DNA of 15,321 nucleotides from a virus (lineage: Duplodnaviria > Heunggongvirae > Uroviricota > Caudoviricetes). Under the pieces are notes generated by a model. The model was not told where the DNA came from, ran no database searches, and saw only the letters and a program-made list of their open reading frames with translations. Positions within the stretch are counted from its first letter, which is position 1. Each line of letters begins with the position of its first letter. Shown in pieces: positions 1 through 7,522 of the stretch. The position numbers and the translations under genes are program-made. The stretch lies in IMG/VR virus record IMGVR_UViG_2698536443_000012; one strand, written 5' to 3'.

Positions 1-849
1 GTTGTCGATAACTTCATTTTTTGCCCAGCGATGGATGCTGCCGTCAATGTTTCCGGCATCCACATCACCAGGCCAGAGAGCGTAGGCCAGTTCTTCATCC
101 AGCGTTTTCCATGTCTGCTTGTATTCGCGACAAATGGCGGCAGTGACTGGGTTGATTTTTCCTGCTGAGTTTTCAGTGTTCTGTTGATTGACTCTGGCGC
201 TGGCGAGATCAACAACAGACGTGTATTTTCCAGTCTCTTTGCGCTCTGCGTCCTGCCGTTTTTTCCAGTTACGTAATTCAGCCTGAATTTCGGGCCATTT
301 GGCACCCGGATTACATTTGTGTTTAACCCATCCGATAGCGAACAGTTTGCGTTCCGGATACATAGCGTTAATTTCAGGCGTTTTCATCAGTGCTTCAACG
401 ATATGCCCGTCAAAGGTAGCAACGTCTTCCTGCAGTAATTCCTGCGCGTCAATCGCCATATCAACGGTGATGTTTTCACATGTACCGAACTTAACCAGGA
501 CCGCGTTCTGTACTTCAAGGGACAGCTTGTCAAAATTGACGTTCATCGGATCGGATTCTGGTTCGACCGGAATAAAGGAAGCGGATTCCTCATCCCAGCG
601 GTTTTCCTGCATATATTCAGCATCCCAGGAATCGAGGGCAGGGCGGGGTATACCGGGTTTATCCTCGCAGACAAGAAATTTATAAGCGCAGTCCTGAGCA
701 GCCGGATAATGTTCCAGGAATTGCCAGTGAAATTTTGCGCGGGCGCGACGTTCATCACCGGCTTCAATGGCAGTGGCTACAGCGACGGCACCTTCTTCCT
801 TTATTGCCTGTTCGTCCGGAATGGCGGCGCAAATAAAGACTTTACTCAT
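1..849 (-). CDS. Prophage protein, YdfE-like; start codon present, 3' end runs off the window
   Basis: Minus-strand frame open from ATG at 849-847 to position 1 (283 codons; hand-translated at both ends: MSKVFICAAIPDEQ ... HRWAKNEVIDN). GAGG Shine-Dalgarno about 8 nt upstream. Absent from the ORF track because no stop lies inside the window. Sits after dicB/ydfD as in Qin-type prophages. Confidence 0.6.
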   Translation of the reverse strand, partial: MSKVFICAAIPDEQAIKEEGAVAVATAIEAGDERRARAKFHWQFLEHYPAAQDCAYKFLVCEDKPGIPRPALDSWDAEYMQENRWDEESASFIPVEPESDPMNVNFDKLSLEVQNAVLVKFGTCENITVDMAIDAQELLQEDVATFDGHIVEALMKTPEINAMYPERKLFAIGWVKHKCNPGAKWPEIQAELRNWKKRQDAERKETGKYTSVVDLASARVNQQNTENSAGKINPVTAAICREYKQTWKTLDEELAYALWPGDVDAGNIDGSIHRWAKNEVIDN

Positions 850-944
850 TTTGTTTTAACCTCATTACAGATTTCAGGGTGAACGAATCCCTGCCATTGC
901 TGGCATTTTTAATCCGTTGGTATGGCGTTAATATGGCTGGCGGG

Positions 945-1133
945 TTATCCAGCCGGTATTTCGTTATTCAGGTTCAGCGATACTTTTTTTAACGGGAGGC
1001 ATTCACCGGGGATTTTTTGTTCGTCCCTTACCTGAATGCAGGATGACTTACTGTCATAAATTCCGGTAATCACATTTTGTGGCTCACCCGTTATAAGAAA
1101 AACGGTCATCACCAGTGCAAATGCTGAAGTCAC
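945..1133 (-). CDS. Small protein with hydrophobic N-terminus, YdfD-like (62 aa)
   Basis: GTG start overlaps the dicB stop (GTGA), suggesting translational coupling. N-terminal hydrophobic stretch SAFALVMTVFLITG. Size and position match the ydfD slot downstream of dicB. Confidence 0.5.
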   Translation of the reverse strand: MTSAFALVMTVFLITGEPQNVITGIYDSKSSCIQVRDEQKIPGECLPLKKVSLNLNNEIPAG

Positions 1134-1318
1134 TGCTGTTCTCCGATAATACCAAGTTCAAGAAGGGCAATTCTGGAAAGTATGGAATTATCATTGAGAA
1201 GATAAGGTTCATATTTTCTCATCTTAATGGCATCTTCCGTAAACTCCCGGTTACTGAGCAGAACACCAATATCAAAACAACCTTCAGACGTATTAACGTT
1301 TGGTAATAACGTTTCCAT
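1130..1318 (-). CDS. dicB: Cell division inhibitor DicB
   Basis: 62-aa ORF beginning METLLPNVNTSEGCF, matching my memory of E. coli DicB. AGGA RBS 7 nt upstream of the ATG at 1318. Lies just downstream of dicF. Confidence 0.8.
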   Translation of the reverse strand: METLLPNVNTSEGCFDIGVLLSNREFTEDAIKMRKYEPYLLNDNSILSRIALLELGIIGEQQ

Positions 1319-1487
1319 TATCGCGTCCTAAACAATGAATTTTGTGATGCGGTGCCTGGTGCCTCCAGGTGACGTTAACCAGTTAACAATTAACGCCGGA
1401 TACAGAGAATCCACCCATAACACTGTTTTTGGTTTTAACTGTTCCGCGTGCGCTCAGCCGCATTCACCACATCACAAAATTCACTTT

Positions 1488-1545
1488 AAAAAGGGCGGCA
1501 GAGCAGTCACGGAGTAAAACTGATACCGCCAAACGTCACCAGAAA
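1488..1545 (-). ncRNA. dicF: DicF small RNA (ftsZ-targeting antisense sRNA)
   Basis: Reverse complement of 1488-1545 reads TTTCTGGTGACGTTTGGCGGTATCAGTTTTACTCCGTGACTGCTCTGCCGCCCTTTTT, which matches the DicF sequence as I recall it and ends in a GC stem plus U-run. Exact processed ends cannot be set from sequence. Confidence 0.7.
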
Positions 1546-1878
1546 ATTGATAACAGAGGGCGTTGCAGCGGGGTTGTCACTTAAGCGTATGGTCAACCTG
1601 ACAACCCGGTGTCCTCAACGGGGAAGGAATAACCCCTCCATACTTACCGCCGCGCCATTTCGCGGATTGCCACAACCGGAAGCGCACGGTCGACGAAAAT
1701 TTAACGACAGGCTATCTATGAACCAGCTACCTCGCCGTGCGCTTTCGCGTTATGGTCTGACTTTTCAGAGAAATATCCTTTCAGTAAACTGTCAGTGCCG
1801 GATGTTCACCCGTGTCCGGCGCACGCACTCCACTTCACCCGTGGAGAACTCCTTAATTACCAACCCTCAGGAGGGTGA

Positions 1879-2112
1879 ATGTTAAAATCAACTCTTATTG
1901 CTAAATGCCTTTATCAAAATCGCATGGTAAGCAGCATTTCAATAGGCGAGTCTGCAGTTAAAAGTATTTTCGAAGAGTACTTTCCCGGGCATGATTTTAA
2001 TAAATGGAATACCAAATTACCGCCAGCAGTTTCAACGCGTATTCTGAAAGCAACCGAAAGAGCAAGTACAATTCGCGTTAACTATTTCATTAAAGATTTG
2101 TGGGATCTTTGA
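1879..2112 (+). CDS. Hypothetical protein (77 aa), AT-rich cargo gene
   Basis: ATG preceded by AGGAGG with 5-nt spacing (CTCAGGAGGGTGAATG). Protein-like composition. Markedly AT-rich relative to flanks. 3' end overlaps the convergent 135-aa ORF. Confidence 0.5.
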   Translation: MLKSTLIAKCLYQNRMVSSISIGESAVKSIFEEYFPGHDFNKWNTKLPPAVSTRILKATERASTIRVNYFIKDLWDL

Positions 2113-2497
2113 TATCCACAGAGCCTAAAGTATGTGCATATGGATGTGCTATTATGCGCCCTCGCAGATTTGCATCATTTTCTAAATTCACTGAACGAAA
2201 CAGGGCATCAACAAGGCTCTGTACAATGCAAAGGCAATCGAAGACTGTCGCCGTTTCTGTTTTGATTGATGAAAGAACATGGCCATTCACGCAAACAGAA
2301 ATTACCCGTTTATTAACATCGCTTTCCTGCTTTTGATTATCAGAACCATATAGCCCAGAAAAAGCATTGCGCACATTACGAACCATATTATCGATGGTTT
2401 CTTTTTCTGCGGTACTAAGGTCAAGAGTAGCCAGTTGTGAACGAACTATATTCGATGCCATTTCCTGTAATGGCGTTGGTAAATCTTTAAATTCCAT
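2090..2497 (-). CDS. Hypothetical protein (135 aa), AT-rich cargo gene
   Basis: ATG at 2497 with GAGG RBS about 7 nt upstream. No family recognised by eye. Downstream of the ydfC-like gene on the same strand. Confidence 0.55.
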   Translation of the reverse strand: MEFKDLPTPLQEMASNIVRSQLATLDLSTAEKETIDNMVRNVRNAFSGLYGSDNQKQESDVNKRVISVCVNGHVLSSIKTETATVFDCLCIVQSLVDALFRSVNLENDANLRGRIIAHPYAHTLGSVDIKDPTNL

Positions 2498-2519
2498 TAT
2501 TAGCCTCGTTGGTTAGCTA

Positions 2520-2738
2520 TTAACGTGGGTATGTAATCATTCTGGCAATGCTTAATGCCGCTGCTTTTTCCAGATTGGTGATATCCTGCTCCAGAGCGGA
2601 CAGATTTTCAGCCTGCTTAGCCCTGGCTTCATTGGCCCATTTCAGGTCCTGCACCGCCTTAATTTTCTGGTGCATCCACTCATAAAGTTCATCATCGGTA
2701 TAGTCTGGCGCGATGATGACGGGGTCTCGTTTCTGCAT
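2520..2738 (-). CDS. Small hypothetical protein (72 aa), YdfC-like by size and position
   Basis: ATG at 2738 with AAGGAG RBS about 6 nt upstream. Lies in the DicA-repressed leftward operon. The YdfC assignment rests on length and synteny only. Confidence 0.5.
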   Translation of the reverse strand: MQKRDPVIIAPDYTDDELYEWMHQKIKAVQDLKWANEARAKQAENLSALEQDITNLEKAAALSIARMITYPR

Positions 2739-2810
2739 GTCGGCTCCTTGTGGTTAGCGTTGCCTGCTTTTTAACCACGTCAGGCGAGGTGGTATCCTCT
2801 GAGGGGTCTG

Positions 2811-3167
2811 TTACTCGAGAGGAAATTGGTTATGAATACAATCAAGTTTTCTTGCCCAGAATGTGGTGGCTAAGTCTTTGACACATCCTTTAAGCCGCAG
2901 GGCTCTGACAGTTTCGCGGGAGCCATCTGCAAAAATTGTGGTCACCTTGTAACTGAAGATGAGTCCTCGCAGTTCGATGACGAAATCGTTGACAATATCT
3001 TCGGTGCACTCACCAGAGACTTTCTGAAGTAAAGGCGCATACCGCTTAGTTACCGCTCTGATAACTCTTACCTGTCCGGCAATGGCGCTGATATCAATAT
3101 AAAGCGCCATCGCTGTTTCTTTGCTGATCCCTGGACGCCTTCCATTCTGATGTTTGACTTCGCCCAC
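2811..3167 (-). CDS. Hypothetical protein (118 aa), first ORF of the leftward DicA-controlled operon
   Basis: GTG start at 3167 with GAGGA RBS about 7 nt upstream. About 75 nt downstream of a minus-strand promoter-like TTGACC-17-CTAAAT. No recognisable domain; could instead be two smaller genes (ydfA/ydfB-like). Confidence 0.4.
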   Translation of the reverse strand: MGEVKHQNGRRPGISKETAMALYIDISAIAGQVRVIRAVTKRYAPLLQKVSGECTEDIVNDFVIELRGLIFSYKVTTIFADGSRETVRALRLKGCVKDLATTFWARKLDCIHNQFPLE

Positions 3168-3239
3168 TGAGAAATCCTCTGCTTCCCCTTAACGCCGGGT
3201 AGCGGAACTGTTTGCTGAGAACACCGTGCGGTGTCTTGA

Positions 3240-3300
3240 TGAGTAGAATTTAGAATAGCCTAAGAGTTATGGTCAAGCTTTTTGTGTAGAAAAACCTAAG
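3240..3300 (-). promoter_or_regulatory. Candidate DicA-repressed leftward promoter (dicBp-like) with operator half-sites
   Basis: On the minus strand, -35 TTGACC (plus 3271-3276) and -10 CTAAAT (plus 3248-3253) with 17-bp spacer. Minus-strand CTTAGGTTTTTCTACA (plus 3285-3300) nearly repeats CTTAGGTTTCTCTACG in the dicA-dicC intergenic region. TTAG-N6-CTAA at 3250-3263. Confidence 0.4.
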
Positions 3301-3374
3301 CTTCTTGATGTAAAAAACACAAGTATTTGAAAGTTTGTGCTTTTTATTACAGAGAGTTGCGAAAAAAAGGGGGG

Positions 3375-3782
3375 TTATTTATTTGCGCTTCTTTTGCGAG
3401 CTTTGAGTAGTTCTTCAAAAAGTTTGTTGAAATTCTCAACTCGAGCACGCATCTCTGACAACAGAGCCTTTTGCTCTGACTCAGGCAGTGCGTCGAACAG
3501 TTGAAGCAACTCTTTTTGATCTTCTGTCAGATTGACTGGCTGATTATCTGGGATCGGTTCGCCTGGTTGCTTATCTTCATCTCCAAAAAGAAGCCAAGTC
3601 GGCGAGCACTGAAGCGCCTGGCTCAGTGCGAATAATCTCTTCCCCGCTGGCTGTGTTTCATCTCTTTCCCATTGAGAAATTGTTACGTGAGCCACTTTGA
3701 CCAGCTTACCTAATGCGGCCTGAGACAGTTTTAATTTTTTTCGCCTGTATAAGAGGCGAGCACCGAAGGTTTCGTTTTTCAT
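3375..3782 (-). CDS. dicA: Prophage repressor DicA (XRE-family HTH, cI-like)
   Basis: 135-aa ORF with HTH motif LSQAALGKLVKVAHVTISQWERDETQP and C-terminal ...ALPESEQ...EMRARVENFNKLFEELLKAR closely resembling E. coli DicA as I recall it. Divergent from dicC. Confidence 0.85.
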   Translation of the reverse strand: MKNETFGARLLYRRKKLKLSQAALGKLVKVAHVTISQWERDETQPAGKRLFALSQALQCSPTWLLFGDEDKQPGEPIPDNQPVNLTEDQKELLQLFDALPESEQKALLSEMRARVENFNKLFEELLKARKRSANK

Positions 3783-3850
3783 ATTAGGTAATTCTAATTT
3801 TTCTTGGCTTAGGTTTCTCTACGATCTAGTTTCCTTAGGAAAATCTAAGG
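3783..3850. promoter_or_regulatory. dicA-dicC intergenic operator/promoter region (three TTAGG-type sites)
   Basis: ATTAGGTAATTCTAAT (3783-3798), GCTTAGGTTTCTCTACG (about 3808-3825) and CCTTAGGAAAATCTAAGG (3833-3850). All share TTAGG/CTAA inverted half-sites and lie between divergent repressor and cro-like genes. Confidence 0.55.
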
Positions 3851-3858
3851 GGTTCGAT

Positions 3859-4086
3859 ATGTTGAAAATTGATGCTATAGCGTTTTTTGGCAGCAAAACA
3901 AAGCTTGCCAATGTCGCAGGAGTTAGGCTGGCAAGCGTTGCTGCATGGGGGGAACTGGTTCCTGAAGGTCGCGCGATGCGCCTGCAAGAGGCATCCGGCG
4001 GGGAACTTCAGTACGACCCCAAAGTTTATGACGAATATCGTAAGGCAAAGCGGGCGGGGCGGTTGAACAATGAAAATCACCACTGA
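3859..4086 (+). CDS. dicC: Cro-like regulator DicC
   Basis: 75-aa ORF MLKIDAIAFFGSKTKLANVAGVRLASVAAW...GRAMRLQEASGGELQYDPKVY, matching my memory of DicC. Divergent from dicA at the head of the rightward operon. Confidence 0.8.
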   Translation: MLKIDAIAFFGSKTKLANVAGVRLASVAAWGELVPEGRAMRLQEASGGELQYDPKVYDEYRKAKRAGRLNNENHH

Positions 4087-4621
4087 ACAGGTTTGTGAGG
4101 CTCTGGATACCTGGGTATGCCGACCAGGAATGACACAGGAGCAGGCGACGATATTAATCACGGAAGCATTCTGGGCTCTGAAAGAACGCCCGAACATCGA
4201 TGTTCAACGCGTCACGTTTAATGATGGCGAGGTTGATCAACGGGCGCTGGGCGTTAACCGGGTGAAGATATTCGAACGCTGGAAAGCTATCGACACCAGA
4301 GATAAGCGTGACAAATTCACGGCGCTGATTCCGGCAATTATGGAGGCTATCCGGATCAGCGATTTCAGATTGTATTGTGAAATTACTGACGGAAAAAGCA
4401 TTACGTACATGATCGCCGGGTTAAACAAAGAATATGGCGATGTGGTGGAGTCCGGGCTGCTTTTTGCGGATCCAGTTGTTGTGGAACGTGAGACTGACGA
4501 GCTTATAGAAAAAGCTATTGCTTTCAAGCACGCGTATCGTCAGCAATACCAATATTACTTTGCAGATAAACAAATGTCTGCCAGGGGTTCGTATGAGTAT
4601 CGATGCACTACGATGGGCTAA
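4070..4621 (+). CDS. YdaT-like (CII-like) regulatory protein
   Basis: 183-aa ORF overlapping the dicC 3' end by 17 nt. Segment TALIPAIMEAIRISDFRL resembles the YdaT family motif (KLIPAILAILPRELRHRL in Rac YdaT, from memory). Sits in the cII position. Confidence 0.55.
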   Translation: MKITTEQVCEALDTWVCRPGMTQEQATILITEAFWALKERPNIDVQRVTFNDGEVDQRALGVNRVKIFERWKAIDTRDKRDKFTALIPAIMEAIRISDFRLYCEITDGKSITYMIAGLNKEYGDVVESGLLFADPVVVERETDELIEKAIAFKHAYRQQYQYYFADKQMSARGSYEYRCTTMG

Positions 4622-5633
4622 AAAGGTGAAAACCGGCAGTTCATCCAGTAAGTCAGTATTGACCTGGCTTGCTGATATGTGCGGTGCCGATTTGTGTGCA
4701 TACCCGTCTGTATCTGCACTGGCAGAAGTAACGGAACTGAACAAAAAGACTGTGCAGGACAGCTTACGACACCTGATGGAGATTGGGTTAATTGTTGATA
4801 CCGGTGAGAGAAAAGGCAGAACAAAGCAAATTGTGGTGTACCGACTTATCGGTGTAGAAGAAAGTGTTGCCGAGCCTGAATACACCCAAAAACGGGAGTC
4901 TTTAAAGGTGGGTAAAATTGGTGCTGTTAATAAAAACAGTACCGAAAATGGTTATGTTTCAGCACAAAACAGACCCAAAAACAGAACTCTTAGCTGCATG
5001 GAAAATAACCAAAGACACCCAAATTTTCCATCAAAGACACCCAAAAACGGATCACGGAACCCAAAGGAACCCAAAGATCTAAACCCCACACATAACGCAC
5101 GCGAGAGTGCTCCGACCAGTGAGCAGGAAGTTTTGTCGTTACAGGCAGCCCCCCCTGTATTCCTGTATGGCCTGAGCGAACCCATCGGAAAATTCCCGAT
5201 GAGCGATAGCTGGTATCCGTCACGGGATTTTCGACGACGGGCTGCGTTGTGGGGGATGGCTTTGCCGGAGACAGAATTTACACCTGCTGAACTTGCCGCC
5301 TTCCGGGACTACTGGGCAGCGGAGGGGAAAGTGTTTACGCAGATTCAGTGGGAGCAGAAATTCGCCCGTCACGTAAATCACGTCAGGGCGCAGGTTAAAC
5401 CAGTCAGCAAAGGGGTAAACCATGCAGCAGCACCAGGTGGCACCGCATCACGGGCAGTTCAGGAAATTCGGGCAGCACGTGAGCAGTGGGAACGTGAAAA
5501 CGGATTTATCAGCGACGGAAACGGCCTGGAAGCTGTGGGAACTCATGGGGGTGGTTTATTCGAACCGCTGGATCCAGAAGAACGGGGCCGCACCTTCGAA
5601 GCTCTGGATTGCACAGATTGGCGCGATGACTGA
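4593..5633 (+). CDS. Phage replication initiator, lambda O-like (N-terminal winged helix)
   Basis: ATG at 4593 with AGGGG RBS. N-terminus SIDALRWAKK...SVSALAEVTELNKKTVQDSLRHLMEIGLIV is a winged-helix DNA-binding region typical of phage replisome organisers. Iteron-like repeats lie inside the coding region. Followed by a P-like gene. Confidence 0.65.
   Translation: MSIDALRWAKKVKTGSSSSKSVLTWLADMCGADLCAYPSVSALAEVTELNKKTVQDSLRHLMEIGLIVDTGERKGRTKQIVVYRLIGVEESVAEPEYTQKRESLKVGKIGAVNKNSTENGYVSAQNRPKNRTLSCMENNQRHPNFPSKTPKNGSRNPKEPKDLNPTHNARESAPTSEQEVLSLQAAPPVFLYGLSEPIGKFPMSDSWYPSRDFRRRAALWGMALPETEFTPAELAAFRDYWAAEGKVFTQIQWEQKFARHVNHVRAQVKPVSKGVNHAAAPGGTASRAVQEIRAAREQWERENGFISDGNGLEAVGTHGGGLFEPLDPEERGRTFEALDCTDWRDD
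4881..5076. repeat. Iteron-like direct repeats (putative origin) inside the O-like gene
   Basis: Repeated ACCCAAA(AAC) cores: ACACCCAAAAACGG at 4883, AGACCCAAAAACAG at 4971, AGACACCCAAA at 5013 and 5035, and tandem GGAACCCAAA at 5057 and 5067. Confidence 0.5.
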
Positions 5634-6087
5634 GCAGCAAATCCGGCAGGTCTGCCGCCAGTGCATGGACCGCTGCCGGGCGGGTGAAACATGGCCTCCG
5701 GACCTGGCTGAGTTTGTGGCACTGATTTCGAAAAGCGGAGCCAATCCATTCGGTCTGACGGTGGATGCTGTGATGGAGGAGTACCGCCGCTGGCGCAATG
5801 AGTCCTGGCGATACGACGGAAGTGATAAGTACCCGTGGTCTCAGCCTGTGCTGTATCACATTTGCCTCGAGATGCGTTCAAAGGGGATTGAGCGCCAGAT
5901 GACCGAAGGGGAATTAAAACGGCTTGCAGAACGGCAACTGACGAAATGGGCAAAGCATGTTAGTAACGGCCTGAGCGTTCCGCCAGTCCGGCGACAACTG
6001 GCGGCCCCCAAACGCCCGTCGGGGCCAACGCCAATTGAGTTGCTGAAACAGGAATATGAACGCCGGAAAGCGGCTGGTTTTGTTTGA
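5422..6087 (+). CDS. Replication protein P-like (helicase loader); start uncertain
   Basis: C-terminal two-thirds resemble lambda P (motifs TWPPDLAEFVAL and YPWSQPV versus lambda FLPSPGQFVAW and YPWKSNAHY, from memory). ATG 5422 has an AAGGGG RBS but overlaps the O-like gene by 212 nt out of frame; alternative starts are 5545 and 5626. Confidence 0.6.
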   Translation: MQQHQVAPHHGQFRKFGQHVSSGNVKTDLSATETAWKLWELMGVVYSNRWIQKNGAAPSKLWIAQIGAMTEQQIRQVCRQCMDRCRAGETWPPDLAEFVALISKSGANPFGLTVDAVMEEYRRWRNESWRYDGSDKYPWSQPVLYHICLEMRSKGIERQMTEGELKRLAERQLTKWAKHVSNGLSVPPVRRQLAAPKRPSGPTPIELLKQEYERRKAAGFV

Positions 6088-6120
6088 GTTGAGAAGTGAT
6101 TTTTTACCGGGAGGAAATTT

Positions 6121-6855
6121 ATGGAGACTGTTTTTGACGCACTGAAAGCGATGGGAAAAGCCACGTCGGTAGAGCTGGCTGCGCGACTTGATATCAGTCG
6201 TGAAGAAGTACTGAACGAGCTGTGGGAACTGAAAAAGGCTGGCTTCGTTGATAAAAGCGTATACACCTGGCGTGTGGCTGATAACAACGTTCAGCAGGAA
6301 CAGCCAGCGCCAGAAGAAACCACCACGGCAACAGAAGCGAAAATCTCAGAGTGCGATTTAACCGCGACGATTGAACAACGCGGACCACAAACGGCGGATG
6401 AACTGGCTACGCTGTTCGGTACAACATCCCGCAAAGTTGCTTCAACGCTGGCAATGGCAATCAGCAAAGGTCGTCTGATTCGCGTAAACCAGAACGGTAA
6501 AATTCGTTACTGCATACCAGGTGATAATTTACCAGCAGAGCCGAAAGTTGAATCGGTAGCGGAAACCGATGGTAAAGCCTTTCCTCAGCCAGCCGGTGTT
6601 GCGTTACCGGTACAGAAAGATGCAACACAGGAAGATATTAAAACAGAAACTGTGGCGGACATTGTGCAGTCGCTGCCATCGTTTACTGCAACGCGAGAAG
6701 ATGATTTGATTTTGCCATCGCTGCATATGGCAAATCGCGAACTGCGTAGGGCGAAGAATCATGTCCAGAAGTGGGAGCGAGTCTGCGCCGCGCTGCGGGA
6801 GCTGAACAAGCACCGGGATATGGTTGCCGGGATTTGTCGGAAGTCCGGGCAATGA
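6121..6855 (+). CDS. Hypothetical phage protein (244 aa), N-terminal winged-helix-like region
   Basis: Strong RBS GGGAGGAA 6 nt upstream of the ATG. N-terminus [38 protein letters not shown] looks like a winged-helix fold. No confident family assignment. Confidence 0.55.
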   Translation: METVFDALKAMGKATSVELAARLDISREEVLNELWELKKAGFVDKSVYTWRVADNNVQQEQPAPEETTTATEAKISECDLTATIEQRGPQTADELATLFGTTSRKVASTLAMAISKGRLIRVNQNGKIRYCIPGDNLPAEPKVESVAETDGKAFPQPAGVALPVQKDATQEDIKTETVADIVQSLPSFTATREDDLILPSLHMANRELRRAKNHVQKWERVCAALRELNKHRDMVAGICRKSGQ

Positions 6856-7522
6856 GCGGATGGTGCAGGCCTGAAATCATGATACTAACAATGAAGGTAA
6901 AATGCATCGGCAGTCTGATTGGTCGTAGTGAGGCGGCGGTCAGGATGAAAGCCCAGGTTAAGGGAATAAGCCTGATTCTGCGGGGTGATTTTCACCAGTC
7001 AACAAAATATCCGTAGCGCGATAACGGTCAAAAATTATGGCGCTGACACTTTTGTGCCACTGGAGATGACTGTACCTAAGTTCAGGGGAGAAGAACACGT
7101 CCGGTGGGATGGTCGGGCCAGATTTAAAGGGCAGGTCATGGCTCCAGCCTGTACGCTGGCAATGGAGGCTGCCTGGCGGGAAATTGATATGGGAACCACG
7201 CCACTCAGGGATTTACTGCCGGTCCAGAGAATAAATTCCTGTTACGGTTACACCACTGTGATCTTGCAAGTGCAGGAAAGTAGGTCTACACGGTAACGCG
7301 AGTGCGTGTAACTTTTGATGTCATTCCCGTAGAAACACCGGACAAATTTTCGCTGACAGGTCATGCAGAAGGTATAAATCTGCAGATTATGGACAATTAC
7401 GGATATCCGGCAAGAGCCGGAAAAAGCATGCCGCCTCTAATTCTCAGTGGAAGATGGACTTGATTATACTCATTGCATTGTCAGAAATAGTTATCCATTA
7501 AAGGCTGGCTATTCCAAACAGG

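Noticed and set aside
299-767. Track ORFs 299-685 (+) and 543-767 (-) inside the ydfE-like region
   Set aside because: They lie in alternative frames or the opposite strand of the long minus-strand frame that starts at 849 with a good RBS; no RBS and low-complexity composition (Ser/Cys-rich).
1335-1885. Plus-strand ORFs 1335-1517 and 1547-1885
   Set aside because: The first is antisense to the dicF-dicB intergenic region and the second is Arg/Pro-rich with no Shine-Dalgarno; the region is better explained as non-coding DicF precursor and leader sequence.
3835-4885. Minus-strand ORFs overlapping dicC, the YdaT-like gene and the O-like 5' end (3835-4197, 4237-4527, 4421-4885, 4618-4824)
   Set aside because: Antisense to well-supported genes, no RBS, Cys/Ser-rich low-complexity translations.
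4952-6388. Minus-strand ORFs across the O-like, P-like and 244-aa genes (4952-5423, 5509-5953, 5856-6388)
   Set aside because: Antisense shadows of GC-rich coding sequence; Pro/Arg/Ser-rich, without start signals.
6985-7296. 103-aa ORF 6985-7296 as a confident gene
   Set aside because: GTG start without a recognisable RBS, and composition not clearly protein-like; kept only as a possible pseudogene in the findings.
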